Shown here in pieces: positions 63,508 through 64,000 of a DNA stretch of 64,000 nt (position 1 is its first letter; each line of letters begins with the position of its first letter). The notes beneath the pieces were generated by a model. The model saw only the letters and a program-made list of their open reading frames with translations, did no database searches and was not told the DNA's origin. The position numbers and the translations under genes are program-made. Source of the stretch: an uncultured Bacteroidales bacterium (GTDB lineage Bacteria > Bacteroidota > Bacteroidia > Bacteroidales > VadinHA17); NCBI GenBank assembly GCA_963780735.1, contig CAWADB010000012.1, positions 2,658-66,657 on the forward strand, given 5' to 3'.

Positions 63508-63811
63508 GGTGGGTGATGGTCCAGAAGAGAAATAGTATAGTCAGCGCACTGGCCAGGCCTGACATGGCATTGACCATCATGGCCACCTTTGAGACATCAC
63601 CGCCGGCGAAATTGGCAAAGAACCTGGCAAGAAGCATGAAGAACGGTGCTCCGGGAGGGTGTCCAACTTCAAGCTTGAACGATGAAGCAATGAACTCTCC
63701 GCAGTCCCACAGGCTTGTTGTGGGCTCTATTGTGAGAAGGTAAGTCACCGCTGCTATGGCAAAGACTAACCACCCGAGGATATTATCCCAACGCCTGAAA
63801 TTTTTCATCAT
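63473..63811 (-). CDS. DUF2723-family protein, N-terminal fragment
   Basis: MMKNFRRWDNILGWLVFAIAAVTYLLTIEPTTSLWDCGEFIASSFKLEVGHPPGAPFF is the conserved DUF2723 N-terminus. ATG at 63811. It overlaps the main fragment by 35 nt in another frame. Confidence 0.7.
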   Translation of the reverse strand: MMKNFRRWDNILGWLVFAIAAVTYLLTIEPTTSLWDCGEFIASSFKLEVGHPPGAPFFMLLARFFANFAGGDVSKVAMMVNAMSGLASALTILFLFWTITHLATEDHAETGV

Positions 63812-63933
63812 AACTGCATATTTACCTGTCCCGGTTTCCACCGCACGAAAATAATAAGATTTTATGGTGCAGCGGAAGATATCGGCCAATTTTGGTATTT
63901 TTGGCCAAACTGACATGTATGATAAGGAGGCTG

Positions 63934-64000
63934 ATGATGCTTTTGCTGTGCCTGCTGCCGCTGGTCAGAGTGGGGGCGCAGTATTATGAAACGGGACAGG
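63934..64000 (+). CDS. Start of a secreted protein (signal peptide only visible); runs off the right edge
   Basis: ATGATG at 63934 gives MMLLLCLLPLVRVGAQYYETGQ... Signal-peptide-like. Only 22 codons are visible. Confidence 0.4.
   Translation, partial: MMLLLCLLPLVRVGAQYYETGQ

Overview
This 64-kb chromosomal window looks like an anaerobic Bacteroidota-type genome. Supporting signs are T9SS C-terminal sorting domains, TAnnTTTG -7 promoter boxes, many Sec/lipoprotein signals and a Bacteroides-type serine palmitoyltransferase. I can support about 60 protein-coding genes or gene fragments, two tRNAs (Gln-UUG, Arg-CCU), several intrinsic-terminator hairpins and four short tandem repeats. I see no rRNA, CRISPR array, transposase or integrase. 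Most content is housekeeping (gltBD, pruA, fbaA, efp, tyrS, tsaB, ettA) mixed with envelope and secreted proteins. Items worth a second look: (1) A tightly packed sulfur module on the minus strand: a Psr/Phs-type molybdoenzyme ABC, a split YeeE/YedE transporter, and a Cys-less rhodanese ending in GGC. It faces a divergent DUF134 regulator / NifX-like pair across an intergenic region with a perfect 9-bp-arm palindrome. (2) A strand-specific intrinsic terminator 25 nt in front of gltB, an attenuator or riboswitch candidate. (3) A solitary full-length CcrM/M.HinfI-family adenine methyltransferase. (4) A stand-alone class D beta-lactamase lipoprotein with all catalytic motifs. (5) An adjacent SPT + SDR pair, possibly for sphingoid-base synthesis. 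(6) mazEF next to tRNA-Gln. (7) Four short tandem repeats, each starting about 2-30 nt after a stop codon. (8) Five conserved genes each broken by a +1 frame disruption, most simply an indel-error signature of the assembly. None of this can be called novel without database searches, which I could not run. All family assignments are by-eye motif recognition.
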